A stretch of DNA of 64,000 nucleotides from an uncultured Eubacteriales bacterium (GCA_959601495.1 CAUGPT010000004.1:23964-87963), one strand, 5' to 3'; positions 25,201 through 34,812 are shown, counted from the stretch's first letter. Translations and numbers: made by a program. The notes: a model not told the origin generated them from the sequence alone.

Positions 25201-26813
25201 TACATGTACGCAGCAAGAAGGTAACTCTTGACCTTAACGGTCACACTATCACCACCGACTTCGGCGAGGGCAACAATAACTGGTGCGCGCTGTACCTTAA
25301 TAATGCCGAACTTACCGTTATCGGTGACGGCACAATTACTGCATATGCTACTACAGGCGGCTATGTATTCAACCTTGTTAATTCCAAACTCTATATTGAG
25401 AACGGTACATTCAGCGGTAATCCCAGTGTTGTAAATGTTGAGTCCGGTACGGCATATATCCGCGGCGGCAGATTCTATACCGACGACGAGAATAAGAACT
25501 TCCTGGTTAACTGTATTGATAAGGCTTATAAAGACGGTATTGCCAACATTGAAGTAACCGGCGGTACATTCAGAGACTTTGACCCCAACAACTGCAAGGC
25601 TGAGGGCGAAGGCACAGACTTTGTTCCCGTAGACTACAAGTCCGTAGCTTCCGAGGAAGAGGGCTGGTTCAATGTAGTTCCCTGTGATCCTCACGAGTAT
25701 GAGGTGAGCGAGAGAGTTGAGTCCACCTGTGTAGTTGCAGGTCATATTACTTACACCTGTAAGAATTGCGGCAGAAGCTATGATGAGCCTCTGGAGCTTG
25801 CAGATCATACTCCCGGCGAGTGGACCGTTGAAAAAGAGCCTACCGCTGGTGCTCCCGGTCTCGAGGTGCTTCGCTGTGCAGTTTGCGGAGAGATCCTTGA
25901 TTCCCGCGAGATCCCCGCTCTCGGATTCATCACAAAGGTTTCCGCTAACAGCTATGTCAAGTCCGCAACTCTTGACGGTACTGTAATCAGAATCGTCACC
26001 AGCGGCACTGCAATTTCAACCGCAAGATTTGCAATCGGATACACCAAGGGCGTTACCTTCACGACCGAAGGCTGCACCGCACCCGTGGTACGCAGCACAT
26101 GGGCTTACATCGACCTTGATCTGCCTTGCGAAGGCGGCAAGATCATCTGCACCGATACAGCCGGCAATACTCAGGAATACACCGTTGAGGTTACCTCCTC
26201 TCCTTCTTCCTACAAGTATTACACCGCAGTAGCAGGCGGCTATACCGTTGACAGAGTTGACGATACGACCGCAGCAGATACGTTCTATGTATACGCTAAG
26301 CCGAACATGAACAACGCAACCCTCATGCTCCAGATTCCCGCAGCTAACACCTATACCTACAGCGAGGGTCTGACGCTTGTTAAGGCAGGTAATAAGGTAT
26401 ACTTTAAGGCACTCTCGACCGCAGATACCCACGAGTACACCATCACCATTACTACTCCCAACGGCGTAGCAAAGACATACACTGTATACTACGTATTCGA
26501 TAACACCAACATTGCAGACTGTCTGGGCGGTTACATGGTAGACAGATGTGAGATGAACGGCGACGTAATCAACCTTGCCGTAAGTGCTGATTACACATAT
26601 GCTTCCTTCAGATTTATATTCAACAACACCACCACTACTCTTGTATGGCCGGATGATGTTGATGTAGTAATGGGAGGTAAAGGCGGCATCCACTGGTTCA
26701 AGATCTACAACGACGGCACAGGCGCTGTAACCAAGCAGTTCACTGCAAGAGATACAGCTACCGGCGTAGTTGAGACCTATACAGTTAACGTTACTTTCGG
26801 TGCTCTCAACTGA
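22212..26813 (+). CDS. Large secreted cell-surface protein with three cohesin-like beta-sandwich modules, three Cys/His-rich modules and a parallel beta-helix domain (scaffoldin-like)
   Basis: Signal peptide MKKLLSVIVIVTMLVTAMCPAFATMAA. Cohesin-like segments: ITVGDAATKPGNDIVVPVTVADNPGMFITRLTVKYDATKLTFVEAVNG..., (VPVAIAANEGVWALRLEVAYNADLITLESIK), (AVPVTVSSNPGTYSIRMEYRYDAEALTFVNV). Beta-helix stretch: GHTITTDFGEGNNNWCALYLNNAELTVIGDGTITAYATTGGYVFNLVNSKLYIENGTF. No LPXTG or SLH motif seen. 1533 aa. Confidence 0.8.
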   Translation: MKKLLSVIVIVTMLVTAMCPAFATMAADTIDISAENTYFTKNDDGNGESTMTVSVTNNPGFSDLTFVVYYDTTYVSSIEPDTASSVFGDDFITVNGARKSTVAAVKKLFTAAGLATGATIYARQIDVNYTDANGEPLNTAELGEILKFVVTSAGTYDEIPNEAVTVGYFVASASNVGGDNLEFSAPGTCAIEKDPWASFETEKTYDNFTLAAGDMNVYAGTTTVDVPVRVYNNTNEYGFLSTALTIVFPKELHLDSLIFNTKAQSVNPIKRISDDAHTDYAIQDHLDNFNEQCQGVFEQNNIDWRTLDAKCEYFLTEPTEPTVEGSMRETNALFYTLRFVLPENARPGTKYDIKVYTRVRDGVVGFVGGDGNENIVSMTHNLGNGSIKVLSKSACDHSETEEKIVTPATCTSVGTKNIVCKLCGEIIDTVEIPMTDHTYVSSVTEPTCEKGGYTTYTCSVCNHSYTGDETDALGHVAGEKKVTVEPTYEAEGTYEIRCTRCDKVLETGSIPKLVKTTITVGDAATKPGNDIVVPVTVADNPGMFITRLTVKYDATKLTFVEAVNGEVFADATNVLFTKVEDGNLTLYFETADEADTSVNGVLANLKFTVNSDESIVGTTDITVEVEDAVNYAGKDLDIVTANGTVTIAANQKITAESREVEINKTVEVPVAIAANEGVWALRLEVAYNADLITLESIKSGLLSLEEGVNYSVKDGVITIFKDADDLANIEADGTLFTLVFKAGAATGESAVGITVLNAINNKGEDLSIKIFNGAVKVIPCTHSEYKTEVTKAPTVEEEGVLSYICTNCGETFKTEPIARLAGLTIGKVTANAGGAVAVPVTVSSNPGTYSIRMEYRYDAEALTFVNVTGGIFTADEFSASVHDGVVTVYVEADTVANITDDGVAFTLNFTAASTAEGTYEVAGTLLQDSTLNVDGDEIAYTVVNGEVAITNNFVARIGDNYYTDLKTAFNAAVDGDTVVITKNFSYGVDESFAIYGVHVRSKKVTLDLNGHTITTDFGEGNNNWCALYLNNAELTVIGDGTITAYATTGGYVFNLVNSKLYIENGTFSGNPSVVNVESGTAYIRGGRFYTDDENKNFLVNCIDKAYKDGIANIEVTGGTFRDFDPNNCKAEGEGTDFVPVDYKSVASEEEGWFNVVPCDPHEYEVSERVESTCVVAGHITYTCKNCGRSYDEPLELADHTPGEWTVEKEPTAGAPGLEVLRCAVCGEILDSREIPALGFITKVSANSYVKSATLDGTVIRIVTSGTAISTARFAIGYTKGVTFTTEGCTAPVVRSTWAYIDLDLPCEGGKIICTDTAGNTQEYTVEVTSSPSSYKYYTAVAGGYTVDRVDDTTAADTFYVYAKPNMNNATLMLQIPAANTYTYSEGLTLVKAGNKVYFKALSTADTHEYTITITTPNGVAKTYTVYYVFDNTNIADCLGGYMVDRCEMNGDVINLAVSADYTYASFRFIFNNTTTTLVWPDDVDVVMGGKGGIHWFKIYNDGTGAVTKQFTARDTATGVVETYTVNVTFGALN

Positions 26814-26848
26814 TAGTACGGATGCAAAAGTCAAATAATTGAGAAACG

Positions 26849-26884
26849 GTGCACCCCGCTCCATATGGAGCGGGGTGCATTTGA
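26849..26884 (+). terminator. Terminator hairpin after the surface protein gene
   Basis: gtgcaccccgctcc-atat-ggagcggggtgcat followed by tttgag (weak T-run). Confidence 0.6.
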
Positions 26885-26898
26885 GAACGGAGATTTTT

Positions 26899-28026
26899 AT
26901 GGCAGAACGTATACTTTGCGTGCTCGGCAAGCTGCGTGCCGGCGGAGTCGAAAGCATGATGTACTCATATTACCGCGTGCTTGACAAAAGCCGCTGGCAA
27001 TACGATTTTGTATATGAGGAGGGCTCGGAGTTTGATGTGCCCGCAGGGCTTACCGCTATGGGCGCCGGTGCATATAAGGTGCCCTCTGTATCGTCACCGC
27101 ATAAATACATAAAGGCTATGAAAAAGCTTATACGCGACGGCGGATACCGCATAGTTCACACAAACCTAAACACGCTGTCGCTGTTTTCGCTTTGGGCGGC
27201 AAAATGCTGCGGCGTGAAAATACGTATACTACATAACCATTCCACATCATCGGGTGTGGAGAAAAAGCGTGATATAATTAAAAAAGTCCTGCGCCCGTTC
27301 AACAGAATGCTCACAACGCACCCATGCGCCTGCTCGGAATACGCCGCGCGCTGGATGTACGGTGACAAAGCTGTCGACAGCGGGAAAATTAAGGTTTTTC
27401 CGAACGGCGTCGATACGGAAAAATTCAGCTATGATCCCGGGTCCCGGGATGAGATCCGACGCGAATTCAATTTAGGAAACAACACTGTGATAGGTCACAT
27501 AGGAAGGTTCAATACGCAGAAGAACCATAAATTCCTTATAGACATTTTCAGTGAGTATCATAAAATCGACAAAAACGCATACCTCCTTTGCGTCGGCGGG
27601 GGAGAACTGATGGATGAGATCAAAGAGTATGCGAACAAGTGCGGTGTGGCGGACAGAGTGATTTTCGCCGGATACCGCAACGCCGATGTTCAGAAGTTTT
27701 ACAGCGCATTTGACATTTTTGTGCTGCCTTCGCTTTATGAGGGACTGCCGGTCGTGGCAGTCGAAGCCTGCGCCGCGGGACTGCCTGTGCTCATGTCAGA
27801 ACACGTTACGAAAGAGGCTCTCATAACCGACAGATGCGAAATGCTTTCCATAAACGGCGAGAATGACGCTTCTGCCTGGGCAGAGCACATAAAGTCGGCA
27901 CTCGGCGAAAACGACCGCGCGAAAACCGCCGCTCAGATGGCAAACGGATGCTTTAATATCAGAAACAGCGCAGCGGAGCTTGAAAACTACTATGCGGCAT
28001 GTGCAGCGGAGCTTGACAGGGCATGA
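26899..28026 (+). CDS. Glycosyltransferase family 4 (GT-B, group 1)
   Basis: Start MAERILCVLGKLRAGGVES (RBS ggagattttt). C-terminal GT4 EX7E-type region: VLPSLYEGLPVVAVEACAAGLPVL. Confidence 0.85.
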   Translation: MAERILCVLGKLRAGGVESMMYSYYRVLDKSRWQYDFVYEEGSEFDVPAGLTAMGAGAYKVPSVSSPHKYIKAMKKLIRDGGYRIVHTNLNTLSLFSLWAAKCCGVKIRILHNHSTSSGVEKKRDIIKKVLRPFNRMLTTHPCACSEYAARWMYGDKAVDSGKIKVFPNGVDTEKFSYDPGSRDEIRREFNLGNNTVIGHIGRFNTQKNHKFLIDIFSEYHKIDKNAYLLCVGGGELMDEIKEYANKCGVADRVIFAGYRNADVQKFYSAFDIFVLPSLYEGLPVVAVEACAAGLPVLMSEHVTKEALITDRCEMLSINGENDASAWAEHIKSALGENDRAKTAAQMANGCFNIRNSAAELENYYAACAAELDRA

Positions 28027-29057
28027 AAACTGTAATACATTTTCTTATAACCGATATATACTCCGGCGCGGAAAGCGTCGCCGCACATATTATCAAAAAC
28101 CTCCCCTCCGGTTGGGATGGATACTATGCGGCACCCGCCGGCAGCGGGCTTGAAAAAGTCAGCGCCATGGGTATAAAAACGATAGAGTGCAACACCTCCG
28201 ATATAAACGATATAAAGCGGGTGTGCAGAGAGTATTCTCCGGACGCCCTTCACGCACATGATCCTCATATGAGCTTTAACTGCGCGCGTGCGGGCATTCC
28301 GTTTGTGGCGCATCTGCACTGCAACTGTCCGTGGCTTTCAAAGCTTTGCCCCAACAGCATAGCTCTTGCATATGTTTGTCTCAGGGCTTCAAAGGTCATA
28401 TGCGTTTCAAACAGCATAGTTGACAGCTACATTTTCAAAAACATCCTCAAAAAAAAGGCGGCTGTCCTCAATAACTGCATTGACGCCGCCGAAATACGGG
28501 ACCTCGCGTTGGAGCCGTGCGGCGAAAGCTATGATATTTGCTTTACGGGGAGGCTTGAGGAGGAAAAAGGCCCGCTTGAGTTTGTCAGGGTCGTGGCTGA
28601 TGTTAAGAAGGCTCTTCCTAATGTGTCCGCTGTTATGCTGGGAGACGGCAGCCTCAGAAAGGCGACTTCGGCTCTCATCGGGGAACTGAACCTTAGCGCA
28701 AATATCACACTCAAGGGTTTTGTGGATAATCCGTATAAGTATATGATGGCTTCAAAGCTCGGCGTCCTCACCCCGGTCGTCGAGGGCTTCGGACTTGCGG
28801 CGGCGGAGCAGCTGTTGCTGGGGCATCCGTTCTTGGCATATCCCGTGGGCGGGCTTACGGAGATCGTAAACGACAGGTGCGGCAAGCTGTGCCGCTCGAA
28901 AAAAGAGATGTGCGCGGAGATCGTCCGCCTGCTTTCGGACAGCGCCTACTACGCCGCGAAATCGTCATATGCACCCATGGCGGCAGCACGCTTTGCCGAT
29001 ATGAAAAGTTATATGGAAAGCATTACGTCATGGTATTCGGCGCTGCCGAAGGTTTGA
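28023..29057 (+). CDS. Glycosyltransferase family 4
   Basis: ITDIYSGAESVAAHIIKNL...GRLEEEKGPLEF...GFGLAAAEQLLLGHPFLAYPVGGLTE. Start overlaps the upstream stop (ATGA). Confidence 0.8.
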   Translation: MKTVIHFLITDIYSGAESVAAHIIKNLPSGWDGYYAAPAGSGLEKVSAMGIKTIECNTSDINDIKRVCREYSPDALHAHDPHMSFNCARAGIPFVAHLHCNCPWLSKLCPNSIALAYVCLRASKVICVSNSIVDSYIFKNILKKKAAVLNNCIDAAEIRDLALEPCGESYDICFTGRLEEEKGPLEFVRVVADVKKALPNVSAVMLGDGSLRKATSALIGELNLSANITLKGFVDNPYKYMMASKLGVLTPVVEGFGLAAAEQLLLGHPFLAYPVGGLTEIVNDRCGKLCRSKKEMCAEIVRLLSDSAYYAAKSSYAPMAAARFADMKSYMESITSWYSALPKV

Positions 29058-29166
29058 CGGCTTCTCGTATTTTTTGCCGAACCATGCCGCACGCGCGCGG
29101 GGATTGACAGCTATTTCGCAATGTGATAAAATATTAGAAAAGCAACCGAAAGGCACGGGCTGAACA

Positions 29167-30546
29167 GTGGAGTATATACTTTCATTTTTGCTGCTCTTAC
29201 TCAATCTTGTGAACTATGAGCAAAGTATAAATAAAGTAGTATTTTTTGCTGCGGGACTCGTGCTTTTTTGCGCACTTTTCGTTTTTTGTATGCGAAAGGC
29301 GAAAAACTTTCTTGCCGCGTGCATCATGATGCTGTGCCACACATGGCAGATATCGTGGATAAACATTTTCGGCGATCCTTCGACGAGCCTGCAGCTGCCG
29401 TGGTTCTATTTAACGGGCGTGCTGATAGCCGGATACGCGCTTTTCAACATCCGCAGCATGATGAAAACAAAGGTGGGCAGTGTACTGCTTGCGTCCTTTG
29501 CGGCAATTTTTCTTATATTCACGTACCCTCTTGCCACTTCACATTCCAAGTCGGAGGGACTTAAGGAATATATAATGATCGGATTTTTCCTTGTGCTCAC
29601 ATTCATTGCGGTGCTGTTTTCTTCAACTGTTCCGCATGAGTGCAAGCGTCACATAGAAAACGCGTTCATTTTTGCCGTTGTCGTTTCATCGGCGCTGCTC
29701 ATATTCCAGTACGTATATTACACGGCGACCGGACGGTTCATTTTCAAATTTGCCGTCGGTCAGTATAACGGATCGAGCATGCGCAGCGCGAAGCTGTTGA
29801 TGGAGGACACCAGCTGCTCTACCCTTATGCTCGGCTGCGGCGTGTTCTATATGCTGGACAGGCTGAACAAGAAAAACTGGGTTTTGTACGGCGCGATGAT
29901 CGTGGTGACCGTTGTGGGTCTTGCGTTTACCACAAGACGTACAAGTGTGGTCACTTTGATGATAGTGCTTGTACTGTATGTTTTGCTCCATTATAAGGGA
30001 GCAATGAAAAAGGCGCTGATGCTCTTGATAATCTGCGGCATTATAGCGGTAATGATAACATATCTTCTCGCGGCGCGTCCGGTGGATGATATACGCCTCG
30101 TTTTTGACGAAAACGGACGTGTGGAGTATTATCGGAACAGCCTTGAGGTGCTGCTGAAAAATCCGCTGGGTATAGGATACGACAACAATTACCTTGTTGA
30201 CGTTGTGGGCGGCATAGTTCCGCACAATACTGTGCTTCGCTGGCTCGTAATGGGCGGCTATCCGTTTGCCGTGCCGATGGTGGCGATAATGGTGCTGATT
30301 TTGCGCGAGTCGTACGTAAAGAAGTTTTCCGCCGAGTTCTGGATAGTGCTTTATACGCTCATCGGCTCAAACTTTATACCGGATATACTCAACGCGCGGT
30401 TTTTCGTTATACCGTGTATGACGGTGTTTCTGTTCAGCCGCGCGGCGAGCCCCGTTCCGGGCGCCGAAACAACAGCGGCGGCTCCGTCCGGCGGCACCGC
30501 TTTGCCGAACGCGGGTGCAGCACAGACAAAGAAGTACAGGGTGTGA
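29167..30546 (+). CDS. Wzy-type polysaccharide polymerase / O-antigen ligase-like membrane protein
   Basis: 459 aa with ~10-12 predicted TM helices and a large periplasmic-type loop. GTG start. Sits in the glycan locus. Confidence 0.65.
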   Translation: MEYILSFLLLLLNLVNYEQSINKVVFFAAGLVLFCALFVFCMRKAKNFLAACIMMLCHTWQISWINIFGDPSTSLQLPWFYLTGVLIAGYALFNIRSMMKTKVGSVLLASFAAIFLIFTYPLATSHSKSEGLKEYIMIGFFLVLTFIAVLFSSTVPHECKRHIENAFIFAVVVSSALLIFQYVYYTATGRFIFKFAVGQYNGSSMRSAKLLMEDTSCSTLMLGCGVFYMLDRLNKKNWVLYGAMIVVTVVGLAFTTRRTSVVTLMIVLVLYVLLHYKGAMKKALMLLIICGIIAVMITYLLAARPVDDIRLVFDENGRVEYYRNSLEVLLKNPLGIGYDNNYLVDVVGGIVPHNTVLRWLVMGGYPFAVPMVAIMVLILRESYVKKFSAEFWIVLYTLIGSNFIPDILNARFFVIPCMTVFLFSRAASPVPGAETTAAAPSGGTALPNAGAAQTKKYRV

Positions 30547-30609
30547 CAAATGCTTTTCCGCCGCAGCGGATGCGGCACAAATCAGAAGTTTGAAAGGCAC
30601 GACTCAGAT

Positions 30610-31824
30610 ATGAAAAAAGTTCTCATGTATAACCACGGCAGCAGCCAGAACCACGGCTGCGAAGCGATAATAAGAACGGTTTCGGGCATAATATCCCGCC
30701 GCTATCCCGACGCGCGCTATACTGTCTCCTCCTTCAGACCCGGCGACGACATAGAGTTCATCGGACCCGACGGCGGAAGATATAATTTTGTGTATGCCGA
30801 CAGACTGAGCCGCAGGGGAAACTATGCCATGCGCACAAAGATAATCGGCGGCTTCAGCCAGCTTTTTCACCGCATCCCCGCGTTTTCGTATCTGTTTAAG
30901 GACACCGTCAACGCCGCAAAAGAGGCGGATCTCATAATTTCCGTCGGCGGTGATAACTACTCCTACGGACGCAGCCTCGGACGTACAACCATTGACAACG
31001 GACTGCGCCGCATCTGCAAAAAATCCGTGCTTTGGGGATGCTCCATAAATCCCGAACTTCTTGACGGCAAAAAGCAGAAGTATAAGCTTGACGGCCTCCG
31101 CCGTTTTTCGCTCATAACCGCCCGCGAGAGTCTTACGTACGAAGCGCTTAAGGCTCACGGACTTGATAACGTAAAGCTGTATCCCGACCCGGCGTTCACC
31201 CTGCCGACGGGAGAAGTGAAGGAGCCCATGTTTGACAATGACCGCGACATTGTGGGTATAAACCTCAGTCCTCTCATCCGCAGCTACGAAACGGGAGACG
31301 ACATAACGCTCAAATGCTACGTCGCTCTTGTGAAATACATACTTGAAAATACCGATTTCAATATTGCTCTTATATCCCATGTAATAAGCCGCACGTCCAA
31401 CGACAGCGACGCCGCGCGCGATATTATGAAGTTTTTCCCCGATTGCGGCGACAGAATGAAGCTGTTTGACCGCGGCAACACGATAGACATAAAGGGATAT
31501 ATCTCAAAATGCCGCTATTTTGTCGCGGCAAGGACCCACGCATCGATCGCGGCATATTCCAATTGTATCCCTACCCTTGTCGTGGGATATTCCGTAAAGG
31601 CAAAGGGAATAGCAAAGGACCTGTTCGGCACGTGGGACGGCTATGTTATTCCCGTAGACAGCCTATGCGAGGAAGACAGCCTTATTTCGGCGTTCAAAAA
31701 CCTTTGCAAAAACGAAGAGAGCATCCGCGCGCATCTGGAAAGCATAATGCCGGAATATATAAAGCGTGCCGACGCGGCAGGCGATGAGATAGTTCGTCTT
31801 CTCGGGGAGGACGACCGTGCTTAA
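30610..31824 (+). CDS. Polysaccharide pyruvyl transferase family protein
   Basis: Start MKKVLMYNHGSSQNHGCEAII (RBS aaaggcacgactcagat). Pyruvyl-transferase N-terminus xNHG..NxGxEA. Also ISVGGDNYSYG. Confidence 0.75.
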   Translation: MKKVLMYNHGSSQNHGCEAIIRTVSGIISRRYPDARYTVSSFRPGDDIEFIGPDGGRYNFVYADRLSRRGNYAMRTKIIGGFSQLFHRIPAFSYLFKDTVNAAKEADLIISVGGDNYSYGRSLGRTTIDNGLRRICKKSVLWGCSINPELLDGKKQKYKLDGLRRFSLITARESLTYEALKAHGLDNVKLYPDPAFTLPTGEVKEPMFDNDRDIVGINLSPLIRSYETGDDITLKCYVALVKYILENTDFNIALISHVISRTSNDSDAARDIMKFFPDCGDRMKLFDRGNTIDIKGYISKCRYFVAARTHASIAAYSNCIPTLVVGYSVKAKGIAKDLFGTWDGYVIPVDSLCEEDSLISAFKNLCKNEESIRAHLESIMPEYIKRADAAGDEIVRLLGEDDRA

Positions 31825-33352
31825 TCAGCGCCGCAGCGGTGCGGTGCTTTCGTATGTCTATATAATCGTCAATATGCTGGTCATTCTCGTGTACCAGCCT
31901 TTTGTGCTGCGCACTCTCGGCTCATCCGAGTACGGACTGTACCAGCTTGCCGCCTCTGTCATAAACTATCTGACGGTAATGGATCTCGGTTTCGGCAACG
32001 GCATAGTTGTATACAGCACAAAATACCGCGCTGCTGGCAGATACGAGGAAGAAAAGCGCCTATTGGGAATGTTCTCCGTAATATTTCTTGGCATCGGAGC
32101 GGTGGCAGCCTGCGCGGGAGTCGTTATCGCGCTGAACGCGGGCAGGATCTTTGCCGCCTCTCTTACAGCCGCGGAAATAGCGAAGAGCAAGATACTCATG
32201 CTTATTCTGTCAGCCAACGTGGGCATGACATTTGCATTTACCATATACGGCAATATAATAATTTCGCACGAGCGTTTTGTGTTTTCAAAGCTTGTGACCA
32301 TACTGCGCGTGCTGCTGAATCCCCTTATAATGCTGCCCCTGCTTCTCCTCGGCGCCGATTCCGTTGCCATGGTGTCTGTGCTTGCGGCGGTAAACGTGGG
32401 CTGCCTTTTGTCAAATTTCATATACTGCCGCAAAAAGCTCGGAGTCAGAGTGCGTTTTGCGGGCTTTGACAAGAAAATATTTCTTACGATATTCTCATTT
32501 TCCGTTTTCATATTTATGACGGAAGTGGTCGATAAGATCAACTGGTATGTCGATCAGGCGATACTGGGCGTTGTCAGCGGAACGAGGGAAGTAACGGTAT
32601 ATTCCATGGCGTCCAACTACAATCAGATGGTGCTGTTGGTTTCGTCCGCCCTTGCTTCCGTAATGCTGCCGAAAATTTCGGCAATGGTCGCGCGCGGCGA
32701 GGGTGACAGAAAACTCAGCGACGAGTTTATAAAGGTCAGCCGTCTGCAGTTTTTCACGGTGTTCTTTATAGCAAGCGGCTTTGTGCTTTTCGGCAAAGAA
32801 TTTGTAGTCTGGCACGCGGGTGAGATATGCGCACGCTCGTATTACGTCGCCGCTCTTCTCATATGCGGAGCGCTCATTCCAATAACGCAGACGGTCGCCA
32901 CAAGCATAGTGCAGGCTAAAAACCTTTTCAGGCCCCGCGCGTGTATAACGCTTGTAATGGCATTATTTAACGTGGCGATAAGCATTCCGCTTGCCATGCG
33001 CTTCGGCAGCGTCGGCAGCGCGGCGGGTACGGCACTGGCGCTTGTGATTGCAAACGGAGTTGCCATGAATATATATTACGCAAAATGGTGCGGCATAGAT
33101 ATAGCCGGATACTGGAAAAATATTCTGCGTATCCTGCCGGGGGCGGTTGCTCCCATCACCGTGGGTGTGCTTTTCAGAGTGTTTGTACCCATTAACGCCG
33201 TGTGGAAGTTTATTGTCGGTGTGGCGCTGTATTCCGCAATATATGCGCTGTCCATGTGGCTTGTAAGCTTCAATACTTATGAAAAGGGAATATTCATGGG
33301 CGTTCTTCGTAAAATTACAGGGGGCAAAATAAATGCAGATAGAAACGCTTGA
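31817..33352 (+). CDS. Wzx-type oligosaccharide flippase (MOP superfamily polysaccharide biosynthesis protein)
   Basis: 511 aa with 12-14 TM helices. Start overlaps the upstream gene end. Confidence 0.75.
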   Translation: MLNQRRSGAVLSYVYIIVNMLVILVYQPFVLRTLGSSEYGLYQLAASVINYLTVMDLGFGNGIVVYSTKYRAAGRYEEEKRLLGMFSVIFLGIGAVAACAGVVIALNAGRIFAASLTAAEIAKSKILMLILSANVGMTFAFTIYGNIIISHERFVFSKLVTILRVLLNPLIMLPLLLLGADSVAMVSVLAAVNVGCLLSNFIYCRKKLGVRVRFAGFDKKIFLTIFSFSVFIFMTEVVDKINWYVDQAILGVVSGTREVTVYSMASNYNQMVLLVSSALASVMLPKISAMVARGEGDRKLSDEFIKVSRLQFFTVFFIASGFVLFGKEFVVWHAGEICARSYYVAALLICGALIPITQTVATSIVQAKNLFRPRACITLVMALFNVAISIPLAMRFGSVGSAAGTALALVIANGVAMNIYYAKWCGIDIAGYWKNILRILPGAVAPITVGVLFRVFVPINAVWKFIVGVALYSAIYALSMWLVSFNTYEKGIFMGVLRKITGGKINADRNA

Positions 33353-34520
33353 TAAAAGATGTACCGGCTGCGGCGCCTGCGCTGCGGCGTGTCCCATAAG
33401 TTGCATAACCATGACGCCTGACAAAGACGGATTTCTGTTTCCTCAGGTCAGCGACTCCTGCCTCGGGTGCGACCGCTGCACGGATGCCTGCCCCGTTATA
33501 GGCTTTCGCAAAAAGGCGGCAGAGCGTCCGACGGCGTATGTCGCATATAACAAATGCCGCGACGAGAGAGAGACATCGTCCTCCGGGGGCATATTTGTGT
33601 TGATTGCGAAAAAGATCATCTCCGAGGGCGGAGCGGTGTACGGCGCCGCTGTTTGCGAAAATATGGAGGTGCGTCATGTGCGTGCCTGTACGAATGACGA
33701 TATAAAGCGCTTGCAGGGTTCAAAATACGTGCAGAGTATTGTCAGCCGGGAAATATACGAATCGGTGAAAAAAGACCTTGAGAACGGCAAAAAAGTGCTG
33801 TTCAGCGGCACGCCTTGTCAGATTGCCGCAGTGAGCCGTGCGGTAGGGCAGCGAGAAGGATTTTACACAGCAAGCTTTATTTGCCACGGCGTGCCGTCTC
33901 CGAAGATCTGGGCTGACTACGTTGCCGACAGAGAAGAGAAGGCAGGCGCGCGTATGACGTCCGCAAGCTTCAGAGACAAGAGCGCGGGTTGGGAGCGTAT
34001 TTCAATGAAGACCGGATACGACAACGGAACGTTTCATGCGGCAACGCTTGACAAGGATTTGTATCTGCGGGCGTTTCTCCGAAATCTGTGTCTGAGAGAA
34101 AGCTGTTATGAGTGCATTTTCAAAGGCGACGGCGCATATATCGGCGCGGATATACTTCTGTCCGACTGGTGGAGCGCCGCAGACGGCGTTCTGCCGGAAA
34201 AGCTTGACGGGCGGGGAGTTTCGGCTTTGTATACGCTGACCGAAAAAGGCAGCGCCTTGTGGGATGCCGTAAGCGGTGACTGCGTTTGGGCGGCAACTGA
34301 GTTCGGCAGGGCATCGGGCAACAATTCGTCATATTTTTCGTCCGCGCATAGACCTTCGGCGAGAGACGGTTTTATGTGCGAATGCACACCCGCAACGTTT
34401 GAAGAAAGCATTAAAAAATACGCCCGCACGCCGCTTAAAGCAAGGATGCGAGCCTCATTTATAAGATTGGCAAAAAAGCTGAAGATATATCAGCTTTTGA
34501 AGAATCTTTGCGGCAAATGA
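33333..34520 (+). CDS. Coenzyme F420 hydrogenase/dehydrogenase beta-subunit-like 4Fe-4S protein (FrhB C-terminal domain family)
   Basis: Two ferredoxin-type clusters [12 protein letters not shown]...[12 protein letters not shown], then the FrhB-like domain. The start overlaps the flippase end. Confidence 0.7.
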   Translation: MQIETLDKRCTGCGACAAACPISCITMTPDKDGFLFPQVSDSCLGCDRCTDACPVIGFRKKAAERPTAYVAYNKCRDERETSSSGGIFVLIAKKIISEGGAVYGAAVCENMEVRHVRACTNDDIKRLQGSKYVQSIVSREIYESVKKDLENGKKVLFSGTPCQIAAVSRAVGQREGFYTASFICHGVPSPKIWADYVADREEKAGARMTSASFRDKSAGWERISMKTGYDNGTFHAATLDKDLYLRAFLRNLCLRESCYECIFKGDGAYIGADILLSDWWSAADGVLPEKLDGRGVSALYTLTEKGSALWDAVSGDCVWAATEFGRASGNNSSYFSSAHRPSARDGFMCECTPATFEESIKKYARTPLKARMRASFIRLAKKLKIYQLLKNLCGK

Positions 34521-34641
34521 TATAATGTTTTGCACTTTGAGCAAAAAGCAGGAAAAAACTGTTGCATACAGCGCCGCTCCGTGCTATAATCTCATCTGTG
34601 ATTTTAAGAGACGAAGGAAACGAAAGGACAAAGAGAGAAAA

Positions 34642-34800
34642 ATGAAGTACGAATGCACTGTCTGCGGATATGTTTATGACGAAGATGAGGGCGATCCCGA
34701 TAATGGTATCGAGCCGGGCACGGCGTGGGAAGATATACCCGACAGCTTCACCTGCCCCATCTGCGGCGTGGAAAAGGCTGATTTCGAGCCGGTTGAGTGA
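34642..34800 (+). CDS. Rubredoxin
   Basis: [52 protein letters not shown], with both CxxCG knuckles. RBS gagagaaaa. The 91-aa ORF from 34525 is an over-extension. Confidence 0.9.
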   Translation: MKYECTVCGYVYDEDEGDPDNGIEPGTAWEDIPDSFTCPICGVEKADFEPVE

Positions 34801-34812
34801 CATATAAAATAA

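Noticed and set aside
23532-25808. 758-aa minus-strand ORF (plus several 60-165-aa ORFs) antisense to the large surface protein gene
   Set aside because: It lies wholly inside the 22212-26813 coding region on the opposite strand. Low-complexity Val/Ala/Gly-rich translation with no RBS or motifs. It is an antisense artefact of a long repetitive gene.
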